A stretch of DNA of 64,000 bases from Chrysomallon squamiferum (lineage: Eukaryota > Animalia > Mollusca): positions 8,308,001 to 8,372,000 of the forward strand of contig CM022677.1 of the NCBI GenBank assembly GCA_012295275.1, written 5' to 3'. The translations under genes were made by a program, and so were the position numbers. The notes under the pieces are model-generated. The model was not told where the DNA came from. It saw only the letters and a list, made by a program, of their open reading frames with translations, and did not search any database. Below, piece after piece: positions 39,500 through 53,476 of the stretch (the first letter of the stretch is position 1; each line of letters opens with the position of its first letter).

Positions 39500-39921
39500 G
39501 GAATCATGTACATCAGGTATCTCTCTTCAGTTAGGAATCTTGTGTCATCAAACATGTAGTCTTGCATAATGATCAACATCAAATCTTCTGTAGGCCTGGT
39601 CAGGTGAGGGTATTGGTTGTCTTTCACCTATTTCCAAATACCAGTTTAATCCTAACAGCCTTATAGTCCCACTTGTGACACCAAATGTAACGGAGGGTGG
39701 AAGCAAACGGCTCTCTGTCTAAGGAATAAACAAACAAGATGGGGTTTCCAATTAAAGGGCTTTAATACTAGGTAATTCCTGATATAGCAATGTTAACATT
39801 TACAACATAGTAACAATGGCGTCTCCAAGGAGGACAAACTGACCAGGTTCATTAAAAACAAATCATAAAAATTCTACAGTTCCAAACTAAAAACATCAAA
39901 CCAATACAAAACACACACAAA

Positions 39922-39959
<38 letters not shown>

Positions 39960-40407
39960 TATACCAGTGTCGCCACCTTCACTAGCAATAGTTTAAGTCC
40001 TGCAATGTTCAAGGCCAAAGAGAAACATTTTGTTATGAGAACGTCACCCGAAATATTCCAGGCAGAAATTGCCATATACGGCCATGTCACATGAAAGTTC
40101 CCAATAGGAGACAGACATGTTAATCTAGCTTGCTAGCACTTACTCCCCACTAATTACTTTAACACATTACATAATCTGACCTTTACAGAATAGGAAGCAA
40201 TGGCTATTATTTCTCCATTCTACACACTTCCCTACTTAAAATGTTGCTATCCTCAGCAACATAAAGCATCTAATAATAATTTTAATTGATATAATAAAAT
40301 CTCTCATAATTTATCTCTATGACATTAAGAACAACGCCATTATGACGCCAACCACGAAAACATTAACATTAAAATAGGATTATCAGGTGGAAAGGTGCCA
40401 GGTTACG
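39500..40407 (-). mobile_element. LTR retrotransposon remnant (5' LTR plus PBS plus short internal part), probably Gypsy-type
   Basis: Minus strand ...CCGTTACA|TT|TGGTGTCACAAGTGGGA gives the LTR end at 39686 followed by a PBS (39667-39683) one mismatch from the tRNA-Leu-type TGGTGTCAGAAGTGGGA. The far LTR end is uncertain (~40407). Confidence 0.7.
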
Positions 40408-40727
40408 GTAATATTCCAAGATAATTTTATAATTAATTAGGTGTAATAGTTATATCTTTGATTTTATTATGAGAAGTCTAAAATATTGAAAAATATTTAA
40501 TAATGTATTAATTGTAACTGGTTTATTACAGGGAAATATGAGAAAGGGCAACATTAAGCAGATATTCTGTTTGCTTTACAATTAATATTCATAGATATAA
40601 ATGGAGCAATGGATATTTACCTTTATAGGAAAGACTCAGTATATGTTGAAAAGATAGAGAGACTTCCATTAATAATATATTTATATATATTCACAATGTG
40701 TATGTGTGTGTGTTTATGTATATGTGT

Positions 40728-40728
40728 G

Positions 40729-40818
<90 letters not shown>

Positions 40819-40914
40819 AGGTACATACATAGAAGCATTTTATAGATAGATAGAAAGTCAGACAGACAGCCAGCTAGATTGATACATTGAAACACAGAGA
40901 GCAGATAGACAAAG

Positions 40915-40975
<61 letters not shown>
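40728..40975. repeat. (TA)n-(GA)n and (CA)n microsatellites
   Basis: Perfect runs. Confidence 0.98.
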
Positions 40976-40979
<4 letters not shown>

Positions 40980-41687
40980 TACACACAGAGATATTTACAA
41001 CAGAACTGGATTTTTGAAACCATTCCAAATTGGTCACATTTAAAAATGTATTTAAAAATGACAGTAAATTTTGGAATAAATGATGAAATATTTTAATATT
41101 TGATATACAGAATTGTAAAAAGAAATTACCTTGAAAGACTGAGTATATTGAAATGTCTTGTGTATTCTTAGCTTTTAGGAATTATTTTACTATTAATATG
41201 TCATTAATAATCAAAACAAAAACTTTCTGTCCACTGGTCTATCCCCTATGTCCATCCACCATACAGCTTTCTCTAAAATGTCCCTGTTTGTATATCTTCC
41301 TGTGTGTGTGTCTGCTGTCTGTCTTTGAATTGACAGATACACAGACAAACACATCTATCTACCTACATATGGATGAATAAATGTTAACTGTCTCTTTACC
41401 TCTCCATCTCTCAATCAGTCAATCAGTCAGTCAAGCAATGTGGGACTGATTGTCATTCTATCTACCTATCACTCTATCTGACAAATTACATATCACTCAT
41501 AATTTATCCAAAACTATAGTTGAAATTTTTTGGGAGAATACAAGATTTTCACTTATATAAATTTGCACACAACAGTTTTTATTCATCTATTTCTCTATCA
41601 GTCTATATCTAATGTTCTAAATCTGTCTTTCTAGGTTTCAATCTACAAATCAATTTACTGCCAGCCAGTGTATATCTCTTTATCTAC

Positions 41688-42712
41688 AAAACACATACAC
41701 AAACATAATTAACTCTAATTCACATACTCATTACAATCTCTTATCTATTTATAAAACACATACACAAACATAATTAACTCTAATTCACATACTCATTACC
41801 ATCTCTTTATCTATCTATAAAACACATACACAAACATAATTAACTCTAATTCACATACTCATTACCATCTCTTTATCTATCTATAAAACACATACACAAA
41901 CATAATTCACTCTAATTCACATACTCATTACAATCTCTTATCTATCTATAAAACACATACACAAACATAATTAACTCTAATTCACATATTCATTACAATC
42001 TCTTTATCTATCTATAAAACACATACACAAACATAATGAACTCTAATTCACATATTCATTACAATCTCTTTATCTATCTATAAAACACATACACAAACAA
42101 AATTAACTCTAATTCACATACTCATTACCATCTCTTTATCTATCTATAAAACACATACACAAACATAATGAACTCTAATTCACATATTCATTACCATCTC
42201 TTTATCTATCTATAAAACACATACACAAACAAAATTAACTCTAATTCACATACTCATTACCATCTCTTTATCTATCTATAAAACACATCATACACAAACA
42301 TAATTCACTCTAATTCACATACTCATTACCATCTCTTTATCTATAAAACACATACACAAACATAATTAACTCTAATTCACATACTCATTACCATCTCTTT
42401 ATCTATCTCCAAAACACATTACACAAACATAATTCACTCTAATTCATACTCATTACAATCTCTTATCTATTTATAAAACACATACACAAACATAATTAAC
42501 TCTAATTCACATACTCATTACCATCTCTTTATCTATCTATAAAACACATACACAAACATAATTAACTCTAATTCATATACTCATTACCATCTCTTTATCT
42601 ATCTATAAAACACATACACAAACATAATTAACTCTAATTCATATACTCATTACCATCTCTTTATCTATCTCCAAAACACATTACACAAACATAATGAACT
42701 CTAATTCAAATA
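41688..42712. repeat. ~66-bp minisatellite, ~15 copies
   Basis: Unit AAACACATACACAAACATAATTAACTCTAATTCACATACTCATTACCATCTCTTTATCTATCTATA with minor indels. Confidence 0.97.
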
Positions 42713-43761
42713 CTCCCATCCTATCTCACTAACACATGAACATACTAACACTTTCTTTCTTATACACATATCAGCATAATGAACTGCTTCTAACTTAGTT
42801 CTCAGTAGACATGGATCACTCAACATGCAGTGTTGTTTATGCACATCAGGATCCACAAAACTCAGTGAAAATTTACATGAAGCTTTTAATAAAGATCAGT
42901 AACTCACTGTACATCTTATTTAAACTTAGAATATTTATTTGTCAAAATAAATAATTTTTTTAATCTTTTTCTATTAACAGTTTACACTTTGTAAAATGTA
43001 AATATTTGTCATTTTATTTTAAAGAATAATTAGTGATATTTAGAGTTTGTTAAGTGTTCAAATAGTGAGAATGAGTATGTGAAATACTGATTTGTCTTCA
43101 CAGACATCTTATAAAGTACGCACACAACACTCTATGCTGTCACACAATTAGAACAAAATATTTCATATATCAATATATCATCCTGTAATTAACCACATAT
43201 CTGCTCATCCAACTACACGAGCTTCTATTCATTTATTCTTTCATTCGTCCAGCATTTATCACATCCAGTGAGTTATTCTATTTGGATATTATGTGAATGT
43301 ATCATCCCTCTCTATCTCTAACCAGGCTAACCATTTTACTTCATTATCCATCCATCTTTCAATCCTATACTTCCACACATATACATGAATCCAGTGATTA
43401 ATCTAAGCACAAAGAATCTATTTTCTTTTCACAAAAATCACGAAGCTGAAACTTCCAGTTTTTAACAAATGTTGTCACCTGTGACTGAAACAGTCTCTCC
43501 TGCACTCATCCAGTCTGATTATTTATATAAAAAAAATAAATAAATAAATACATAAATAAATAAATAAATAAATAAATAATATTTATCCTGATCAACAGCT
43601 CCATCCAGTGTCTCAGAGGAACACCCTGTCATAACTTCTCACCATCATTACACACACACACAACCACACTCGTACACATACACAAAAACACTCATACACA
43701 TACACGCACACACACAGCGCACAAAATACACATTATACATACATACATAATATTACAGACA

Positions 43762-43806
<45 letters not shown>

Positions 43807-44313
43807 TACTACAAACATAAACAGTCTCACAGACAGATTATATATATAAATATACATACACGTGCACATGAACAAAAATGTAACATACCCCAGTTTCGTA
43901 CATATAGTCATAAAATACACAATCCCATATGTACTATTACTGTAATATACATGCACATACATGTGCTAATATGCAAACATAAACACATACACACGGTCAT
44001 GTTTTAAACTTGTCATGTATACTCATTCACCTAGACAGACATATACACACCAGCAATAATCAACAACTCCACCCTGTTTCACACACATACATACACATAC
44101 ATACTCACACCTACACATACTCACACCTATACATAAATACATACACATATACATACACACATACATACACATACATACACATACATACACCTACACATAC
44201 ACACACCTATACATATATACATACACACACATTGCATATCTACAAACACACATAAAGTCATGTTTTAATCTAGTCACATATTCATATAGACAGACATATA
44301 CTCACCAACAATA

Positions 44314-44513
44314 NNNNNNNNNNNNNNNNNNNNNNNNNNNNNNNNNNNNNNNNNNNNNNNNNNNNNNNNNNNNNNNNNNNNNNNNNNNNNNNNNNNNNNN
44401 NNNNNNNNNNNNNNNNNNNNNNNNNNNNNNNNNNNNNNNNNNNNNNNNNNNNNNNNNNNNNNNNNNNNNNNNNNNNNNNNNNNNNNNNNNNNNNNNNNNN
44501 NNNNNNNNNNNNN
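44314..44513. other. Assembly gap (200 N)
   Basis: Run of N. Confidence 1.
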
Positions 44514-46000
44514 CTTACGATCACTATTATCACCATGATTATTAGTATTAATACCACCGGTACGGTTTCCATTATTATCACTACTGCCAGCACTTCTATG
44601 ACTGCTGACAGTATTTCCATGATTTCTGCCAGCACAACCATGTTTATTAATATCACCGGTACCACTGCTATTACCATCACAGCTACTAGCACTACGATAT
44701 CTGTTAATACCACCGTTACCGCTGCCTTTCCCATTACTTCTAACATCACTACTATGACCTCCAATATCACCGATAATGATGCTATTACCATTACTAATAC
44801 CCGCACTACCATCTGTATTAATACCACCGGTACTGATAACATTACCATCACTAATACCAACTCCGCCAGGTCTACCAATACCTCTTGCACTGTTGCCATT
44901 AACATCACAGCTATCAGTACTACTATGTCTATGAATATCACTGATCTGAATGGTGTCACCATCACTGCTACCAGCACTATCATGCATATTAATACGACCG
45001 TTACCTCTGACGTTACCATCATATTATCGGAACTAAGATGTCTATTAATAACTCCGAAACTGCTGCGCCTACCATCTCTACTATCATCACTACCATGTCC
45101 ACGAATACCACCGACCTGGCTTATATTACCATCACTACTAACCAGCACAATCATTTGTGCTAATAACACCGGTTCCACTCCCATTCCCAATACTACGACC
45201 AGCACTACTATGTCTACAAATTCCATCGGCAAAGCTGCTATTACCATCACTACTACTAGCACTATCATGTCTAACAATACCTCCGATAAGGCTGCTGTTA
45301 CCATGATTACAACCATGTCTAGTAATAACACCGGTAACACTGCCATAACCATCACTACTACCACTACTGCCAGTGATGGTATTATTAGACATGATATAGC
45401 TGGTATTTGCGAATGTAATAGTGACGTTACTGGCAGAATTATAAATAACACGATAGTGCAGGTATTATTGATGGTAATAGAAGCCATGCTGATGGTATTA
45501 TTAGAGACGATAGTGATGGTATTAGGGAAGGTAATAGCAATTTACTCGTTCTATTATTAGACACGATAGTGCCGGTATTAGTAAAGGTGATACCAATGGC
45601 ACTGATAGCATTACTAGACATGATAGTGCTGGCATTAGCAAATGTAGTAGCAGCGGTACTGATGGAAGTAATATCAGCGGTACCGGTGGTATTATTAGAT
45701 GTGATAATGTTTGTATTGGTGAATATTAAAGCAGCGGTGCTGGTAGTATTATTCGACATGATAGTGCTGGTATTAGTGATAATGATAGAAGCGCTACTGC
45801 TGAAATTCTTAGAGAGAACAGTTCTGGTATTATTCATGGTAATAGCAGCAATAGCAGTGGTATTATTAGACTTGATAGTGGCTGTATTACCGATGCTGGT
45901 AGCAGCGGTACTGGTTGTATTATTACACATGATAGTGTTGGTATTAGTGAATGTAATAGAAGCGGTACTGGTGATAGTATTAGATATGATATATTTACTT
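44514..46000. repeat. Diverged 57-bp tandem repeat with internal orientation switch at ~45364
   Basis: Left arm unit ~ACCACCGGTACCGCTGCTATTACCATCACT.CTACCAGCACTATCATGTCTAATAAT; the right arm is its reverse complement (CAGCGGTACCGGTGGTATTATTAGACATGATAGTGCTGG...). Confidence 0.9.
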
Positions 46001-46950
46001 AGGGTGTGATGGGAATCCAAATGGTGAAGGTGATGAAACAGACATAGACACAAAATACAGACATACATATCTCATCGTAAACAAAACAAAACATGCAAGA
46101 ACAACAAACATACAAAAATGCATGTATTACATACGTGATACAGGACAAGGCACATGAACCATCAGACCACAGCATTCAAAACAACAAGCCACAGGACAAG
46201 TGCACAACACATCACACCAGGCCATTCATTACATACAAAACATCAAAAAAGTCGGAAAAGGACATACATATACAGATGCAGTATGGAAACTGCACACCAG
46301 ACCAGACCCAAAATATTGAGAACAATAGCACAAGGGAGACAAAACAAACAACTGCAGACAAGCAACACAAACATATACAATGTACACAATGCAAAAATAT
46401 ATATATATATATATATATATACCTGTGTGTGTGTGTGTGTGTGTGAATGTGTGTGTTTGTGTCTTTTGTATTACATCCAACCTTCTTTTTTCTTTCATAT
46501 TAAACAAAACCAATAAGCGTTGTAACAAGTTCATGGCAATTTATGAAAAATGTAATATTACATAACTTCCTTTTCATTTAAAAAATACGTCAAATATATT
46601 ATTTCTCATACAAAGATGTCCAAATTTCACACAGCAAGAACATTTTTTACAAATTTCTTATTTATAACTTGTCAAATGCAAGTAAAATTCACTTGTATAG
46701 ACTTCCACAATATTTTTATCAAGAAAAGTCATAGCAATGATCAGAAACAAATTTGAAGTTAAGACCATTCTGAAATATTTGTAATTGCACTTAATTTTAA
46801 GTACCGCACAAACTCTATATTGTTCTGCTAATTTTGTGCTTTTAATTGAACTAATGGCTCATTTTAAATATTGTGATCAATAGTAGATGGCTTCATTTAA
46901 AAAGCAACAGTTATGAAAAACATTTAACTAGTATTAGCATCATGTATAAC

Positions 46951-47000
<50 letters not shown>

Positions 47001-47059
47001 CCTTCAAATACTTTTTTTTTTTTTTGATGCATAGTTTATATTTTAAGCCTGTTTGCATA

Positions 47060-47435
47060 AACATTGAGACCTAGATGCATTGCAACATGCTGAAGCTCAA
47101 TGATTACAAGACCAAAGCAATGAGTTTCACTTTTGAACATAACTCAAAGGATGTTGACACCATATCAGTTACAGTGGGTTATGCTGCCATAATTTTGGTT
47201 CCATGAGTGAGAAATCTTGATGTTATATTTGATTCTACAATGATTATGGAGAGCCAAATGAATGCAATATGTCATCAAGCTATGTTGGGAACAAAAGATC
47301 AGTAGAATGAGGCAATATCTGCCCAGTGATGCCCCATAAAACACTGGTATGGACTTGTGACATCATGACTGGACTGTTGCAATGGACTACTTATTATACG
47401 GCATGCCTAACATCTTGCTCTGCAAACTGCAACTG
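47060..47435 (+). mobile_element. L2/CR1-like LINE reverse-transcriptase C-terminal fragment
   Basis: Remnants MLKLNDYKT, VRNLDVIFDSTMIMESQMNAIC, SRMRQYL, KTLV, LLYG. Confidence 0.7.
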
Positions 47436-47439
47436 CTCC

Positions 47440-47670
47440 AGTGACTGGAATGGTGCTGTCACAAACACGATTCATTCTGTTAAGCCAGCACCGGGAGATT
47501 GGCAGTTCTCTTACAGGCAGTGTAGGAAGGAACAGGATAGAACAGTCTTGTGTCGTGCCCCTGTTGGTTATGCACACTTGACTCATTCATGTATCTTAAA
47601 GAAAGATCCTCCACCTCAGTGTGAGCACTTTCAGTGTACTTTGACAGTTCACCAAATTTTTCAGGAATTT
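47440..47670 (+). mobile_element. 3' fragment of an RNase-H-bearing (I-group) LINE
   Basis: IHSVKP..W..SYRQCRKEQ..VLCRAPVGYAHLTHSCILKKDPPPQCEH.QCTLTVHQIF matches the I-group C-terminal RIGHTxLTH..PPxC..C..LTVxH signature. Confidence 0.8.
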
Positions 47671-49415
47671 AACAAAACAGAAGAAATAAACAACAACAAC
47701 AAAAACAACAAATCATATACAACATTCACTTGTAGCAACAACAAACATATACATGACACATGTGCAAGAACCACAAACATATACACAACACACAGTAATT
47801 GCAATATACAGGATAAGGTAAAACAAAACATCACACCATATGAAACATATCATAATCACAGAATACACAAAACAACACACAACAAAACCTAGACAGTATA
47901 CACACTACACACACTAGACATGCATACAACACCAAAGCTTACCATATATCTAAACCTCTAAATATAAGAAGCACTCTAGCCATCACAGTGTGCAATGGTG
48001 TGTACTGTGTAGATGGTACGTGTTTGGTGCATGTGTTTGATACACAACACAGTAGAAACTACAGACACATCAGAGACAACACTTAATATACAAACACAGC
48101 AAAAATTAAAAAATTATACACAGACACAACAACGCAAATATACAAGACAGACATTTCAAACACCATACAGGGCAATGCAAACAAAACAAAACTCAACTAA
48201 CTTATCACACTGGACACAAACCCAAACATGCAACAACAACAAACATATACAAGATACATATGCAACTATACATCGACCATACAGAAGACAAACTTGCAGC
48301 AACAATAGATATATACAAAATACACTAAAACCTAGAAAATACAGGTTTCACCCTGTGCAGCACAAGGCTCACAAAACAACACTTCACTTGTAAAATGGAC
48401 ATCACATAAAACACATAACAGACATGCACATCACACTGGATCACAAACACAAACACATAGACCACACCTGACATAGAACAGAAATATACAGATGACAGGA
48501 GACACATGAAACACGGACATGTAACATCAAGGCACACCTTCAATACTTAATACAAACTAACTAATCTACCCATTAATGGATGATAAAAAGAAAGGAAACA
48601 AAAATTAAATAATAATAATAATAATAATAAAATAAATATATCATATTTTAGAAAATAACAATAAAGAGATATTATAATTTATAAATAACAATGGTCTTTG
48701 AAACTAATGACAATTCGACATTTCTGGCTCCGAACTAATAAAACTTCCAAATATCACATTAACAGTAATTTTCTATGCATGTTATGTGAATGTCTTAGAT
48801 TGTTCAAAGGATAAAATAACATGTAGTATGTTTACAACATAGGTGCATTATTCTCAGTAGATGACACCAAAACATTTTTTTTTAATAAATAATAATAATA
48901 ATACTGTTGGACATTAATTGTGAATTTCATAATTCTATAAGAGATGAATTTTTATGAATAACAGAATATAACACAAAAGTGTTTATGTCAGAAAAAATAA
49001 AAACACAATGCTGACTTTAAAGTGTATAATGGTTACATGAAAGTTTAATATAATTCAATTTATTTTGATATCTAAGGCATTGACAATTTCATTACACATG
49101 TTGAAAGTGAAGTATAAACACTAAAGAGGGGATAGAGAGACAATTTCTTCTTTTTTTTTTGGAATAAAACTCTCCTAAATACTGCACATTTATAAGCTTT
49201 ATAGTCAAGACAGAATAATATTATACATGTCTTCCTCCTTTAGTTCCTACATGTATAAATGTGTGTGGGTATGTATGTGTAGGTATGTGTGTGTGTGTGT
49301 GTGTATGTATTATAACCTGACAACATTTTAGTATTCTGTATGACCTTCTTGTTGAAAGTAGTCTGTTTTATGTCATTAATTTTCTAGGTTTTTGTTCTGT
49401 TTTGTTTCTTGCTAG

Positions 49416-49524
49416 GGTCATATTCATTACCAGTGATGCCAAGAGGTGGTGGCGAGCAGCAACAGACAAATGTAATACAAGTCGATTAAATTTTATTCAT
49501 TTCTACATTTTATTTATTTATTTA

Positions 49525-49586
<62 letters not shown>

Positions 49587-49689
49587 GTAGCTCTGATTAT
49601 GCTAATGTTGTCAGGCAAAGTTTGATGGTAACAAAGTTCTGGACAATGGAGAAAGGAAACGGATGCAGAAGGATCTAGAAAAACAAAAG
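49416..49689 (+). other. Putative exon remnants (49416-49470, 49591-49689); a further one at ~51462-51697
   Basis: AG/GT-flanked purine-rich blocks; stops present, no domain recognised. Confidence 0.3.
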
Positions 49690-49888
49690 GTAATTTTTAT
49701 ATGTGTGTGACTGCTGTAGAAAAAAAGTGCAGTTTCTCATAAATGAAATGAGTAAGAAATGATTTTACACAAAGTATGTTCTATTTCTCATTCCAATCAA
49801 TTCACCAACAGATATTGATAATCTTTGTAAAATTTATTTAAATATATATATTTTTTTGCCATGGATAAAATATATATATATATATATA

Positions 49889-51383
49889 TGTTACAGTCAA
49901 TATGTCAGACTAGTCATTTTGCCTAATGTCTGAAATATTTGGGCATTTAGCTTAAAATGTCCAGGAATTAGGCCAAATGACTGGATTTTGGGTGGTTTTG
50001 TTTGACATTCTGTCTGATAGCAATTCAGGCAATTAGTCAATGGGTTTAATGCTTTGCTTACATCTGTTCATTGTAAGGATTAGTCGTTCAATTTAGTTCT
50101 TTATTATCATAAGTTTACAGCTTATTGATGTACAGTATCAATAATAAAAAATGCAAGAAGTTCAGTGACAGTATGATAAAAAGAAAGAACCTCTGGAGAA
50201 TAAAAATAATATAGTACTTAAATTATATCTAACTAAATTACCAAATTACACAGTAATTTCTTATTTTCAATCTCATCTTCAATCTCTGTTACATAATATA
50301 CATATTTGTTCTGCTCTCTCGGTATTCCTATATCTCCCAGTTTAAATTGCCAGCTAATGTGCAAATAGTATTACTTTTGTTAAGTATCTTTCATAAATCA
50401 TTGGTATAGATTTAACAAAATAAAACTAAATTGTTACACCATCTGTAATGTATTTATGTAAATTGTCACATTTCACAGATGTATTTATCTGAATTGAAAG
50501 ATTCTGCCTTGCTTGGTCATATATTCTTTGCTTAATTATCACAAATAATTTTTTATATTTTTATTAATCTGGTTCTGCTCTGTCAAAATGTATCCCAATC
50601 CCAATTCATGTAAAGATTTCCTAATAAAAGTCGCCCAATTATCAAAAATACAATTAAAAAAAAAAAAAAAGAAGCTAATTTTCTCAATAACATATGCTTT
50701 TTGAAAACCCCATATCTCACTACCATAAAAGAGCACACTAGTTACATATGTATCAAATACTGACAATAGAAAAATATAATTTATTTATACTCTTCTTCAC
50801 AGCATATGTTGCCTTATTGTTGTGTTATTCTTACATCAAAGACCAATTAGAAGGTAGGGATTAGTGGTAGTGTTATTGTTATATCAAAGACAAATGATTT
50901 TAATACCAGCAGTCTATAGCTTGCCTATTCAGATTTCAGGGACATGTTTAATCCTTAAAAAACACAGCTCATTAGTGTTGGGCACTGGCTTCACTGGGTT
51001 AGTGTTGAAGTATAAAGTTTAAGAAGTATAAAGCAATACAAGAGAGGGTACATTCTAAAGGAAGAGTACTTCTTGATTATGGACCACCTCTAGAAGATCT
51101 GTGTTGACCCCAGGAAGAAAAGCCACAACAAGTACTATCTCATGTCCAAGTTTGAAATTTTTCAGAGTGGAGATGTGCAGAAACTGACTAAGAAGTGACA
51201 AACAGATGAAGACATACCTCTGTACTACGTTTTCATTGAAGACATCTTTGACCTCATCAAGCACGCACATGCCTATTTCAGTCTATTTCAGTCATTCACC
51301 TGATGATCTTGGGTGTTAGGCTAAATTGCCTAAACATTTCAGGCATTAGGCCAAAAGACTAGTTTGACATATTGACTGTAACC
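49889..51383 (+). mobile_element. Non-autonomous Ginger-type element with ~65-bp TIRs, inserted in a (TA)n tract
   Basis: The left end TGTTACAGTCAATATGTCAGACTAGTCATTTTGCCTAATGTCTGAAAT matches the reverse complement of 51320-51383. Internal remnant HNKYYLMSKFEIFQSGDVQKLTKK*..PLYYVFIEDIFDLIKHAH (51050-51270) is the KRBA2-type integrase N-terminus. Confidence 0.85.
50330..50820 (-). mobile_element. LINE ORF2 C-terminal fragment (L2/Crack-like) nested in the Ginger element
   Basis: VFDTYVTSVLFYGSEIWGF..IEKI, NWATFIRKSLHELGLGYI, IKQRIYDQ motifs. Confidence 0.7.
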
Positions 51384-52519
51384 TATATATATTAATAATA
51401 ATAGTATTTAAGTGATTAATATAAAAATGCTGTGATGTCTGTTTGCTATTTTAAAATGACAGAAATCAATGAAGAAGGATTCAAATGGAGGACTGATAGT
51501 AACTAAGGAACAACATTCAGACATTAGTGCTATATCCAGTGAGAGTGAGGAGGGGATCATCAAGAAGGGTGGTGGGGGTCTTGGGGGAGTCACATATGAT
51601 GGATGACCTGGTGGACTGAATTGAAAACACAATCCTGTGCCAGCTGGAAGCTGTACTTGCCAAACTGGGAACAACTGAAGCTAGCAAACTAAAAGGGTAA
51701 GTTATTACTTTTTTAGTTACAGTGTGTCATGCTGGACATTTGTTTACTAACAGCATCTGTGAACCAAACTGCATTTCATTATAAATACATATACATATTC
51801 TTCCTTTAGAATGTACCCTCTCTTGCATGCTTTATACTAGTTGTAAGATTCATATCATACAATCTTTTCAAAGTTACTTCTTTAGGCAATCTGATCTTCC
51901 TGCTAGGAAATTATATGCTTTATTTTCACAATATTTTTCTTTTCTTTAGATATTTATTTTTATGATTTACAATTTGTCTATGTATAGTTAAGAAATAATT
52001 CATTTATTTTGGATTATTTCTGTTTTTCTGTATGATAGTCCATGCTACATTACACAAAAGGAAGGACCATCAAGTTGTCATATAAAATAGTTTGACAACA
52101 TCATTAAACTGATAAACAGTCTTAAAATTGTTTTTATTTTTTATTATATCTCTGTCACAGAATATACCTTGCTATCCATTTATACAGATAAAATATTAAT
52201 AATACTGAGGAGGAGATATGGAATTTGTAAAATATCTAATAAATTCAAAAGTTTCAAAAAGTGACTCATGATATATTGTAGTATTCATACCTTTCTATGC
52301 TGTATGTTAAGATAACTTAAATGGTAACATTTTTATTTTTGTCTTGGTTATTATGTTTAAAGCTATTCTATTAGAGACAGATATGTTTAGATTATTAATT
52401 TTAATGTTAGATGGATAAACGAAAAAACATTACAAAAATGTGATATGATTCGTACAGAGTGCATTTTTATAGGGATAAAATGTAAAATGAATAAAAAAAA
52501 ATAAAAAATAAAAAATAAA

Positions 52520-53180
52520 AAGTTACGAGTTTAATTCGTTCCGTGACTGAGCTCGTAAATCAAATATGCTCGTATATCAAATAAATTTTCCCAAACGAAA
52601 TTAATTGAAATACCATTAAGCTGTTCCAGCTCCTAAAACCACCCCCAATTTTTTGTAACGTGTTTTTAAATAAGAAAAATGTATGTATAAATGACCAATA
52701 TTGTATAAAAACAAAATAAAAGAGAAAGTAAAGAAATAAATTGGTTTTGTAAAGTGTATAGGGTTAGGGTTTCTCGATTATTTCATGGACACAGGTCCGC
52801 AGCTTAGAAATTATTTTAATGCATTTGGCTAGAGATATATCCTTTATCGACTCCTTCTGCTTCAGTATGGTATATATCGTAAAAGTACTACGCTCGTACT
52901 GCCTAGACATGTTGACTACACGCACACCTCGTTCATGTTTTTCTATGATTTCATGCTTTAATTCAATGGACATCATCCGATTCTTCTTCTCAGCACTGTC
53001 CTTTGCACTCACTTTCTTAGGATCCATGGAAATTTGGCAAAATACTGCAGAAATCGCGTGTAATGATTCCACGACGAGGTAATCACGTGAAACAAACGAG
53101 TGAGACACGGGATGCTGGGTGCATGGTGTGTTGCTCGCAACTCAAAGCACAAAATCGACCGGGCGGCTAGTCGTAACTCG
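52520..53180 (-). mobile_element. Tigger/pogo (TIGD1-like) element, internally deleted, retaining the N-terminal HTH_psq domain
   Basis: MDPKKVSAKDSAEKKNRMMSIELKHEIIEKHERGVRVVNMSRQYERSTFTIYTILKQKESIK. Subterminal repeats CTCGTAA/GTTACGAG at both ends. Confidence 0.88.
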
Positions 53181-53350
53181 GAATTATTTTACCATATATA
53201 GCTTAGATTGAAACACATTCTTTCTTGGACAAAATTTAGATTTTTTATTATTTTTATCTTGGGTGAGAGTGATAAAGTTACTGATCAAAAAATATTGTTC
53301 GCTTTCTGTCAGAGTTCCATAATGAGTTTCAGAGACCATGATAAAATAGT

Positions 53351-53404
<54 letters not shown>

Positions 53405-53407
53405 AAC

Positions 53408-53475
<68 letters not shown>
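53351..53475. repeat. Compound (AAC)(AAT)(AAAT) microsatellite
   Basis: Perfect runs. Confidence 0.98.

Positions 53476-53476
<1 letters not shown>

Noticed and set aside
46093-48543. His/Thr/Gln-rich ORFs
   Set aside because: These derive from degenerate AC-rich simple sequence, apart from the LINE fragments at 47.06-47.67 kb.
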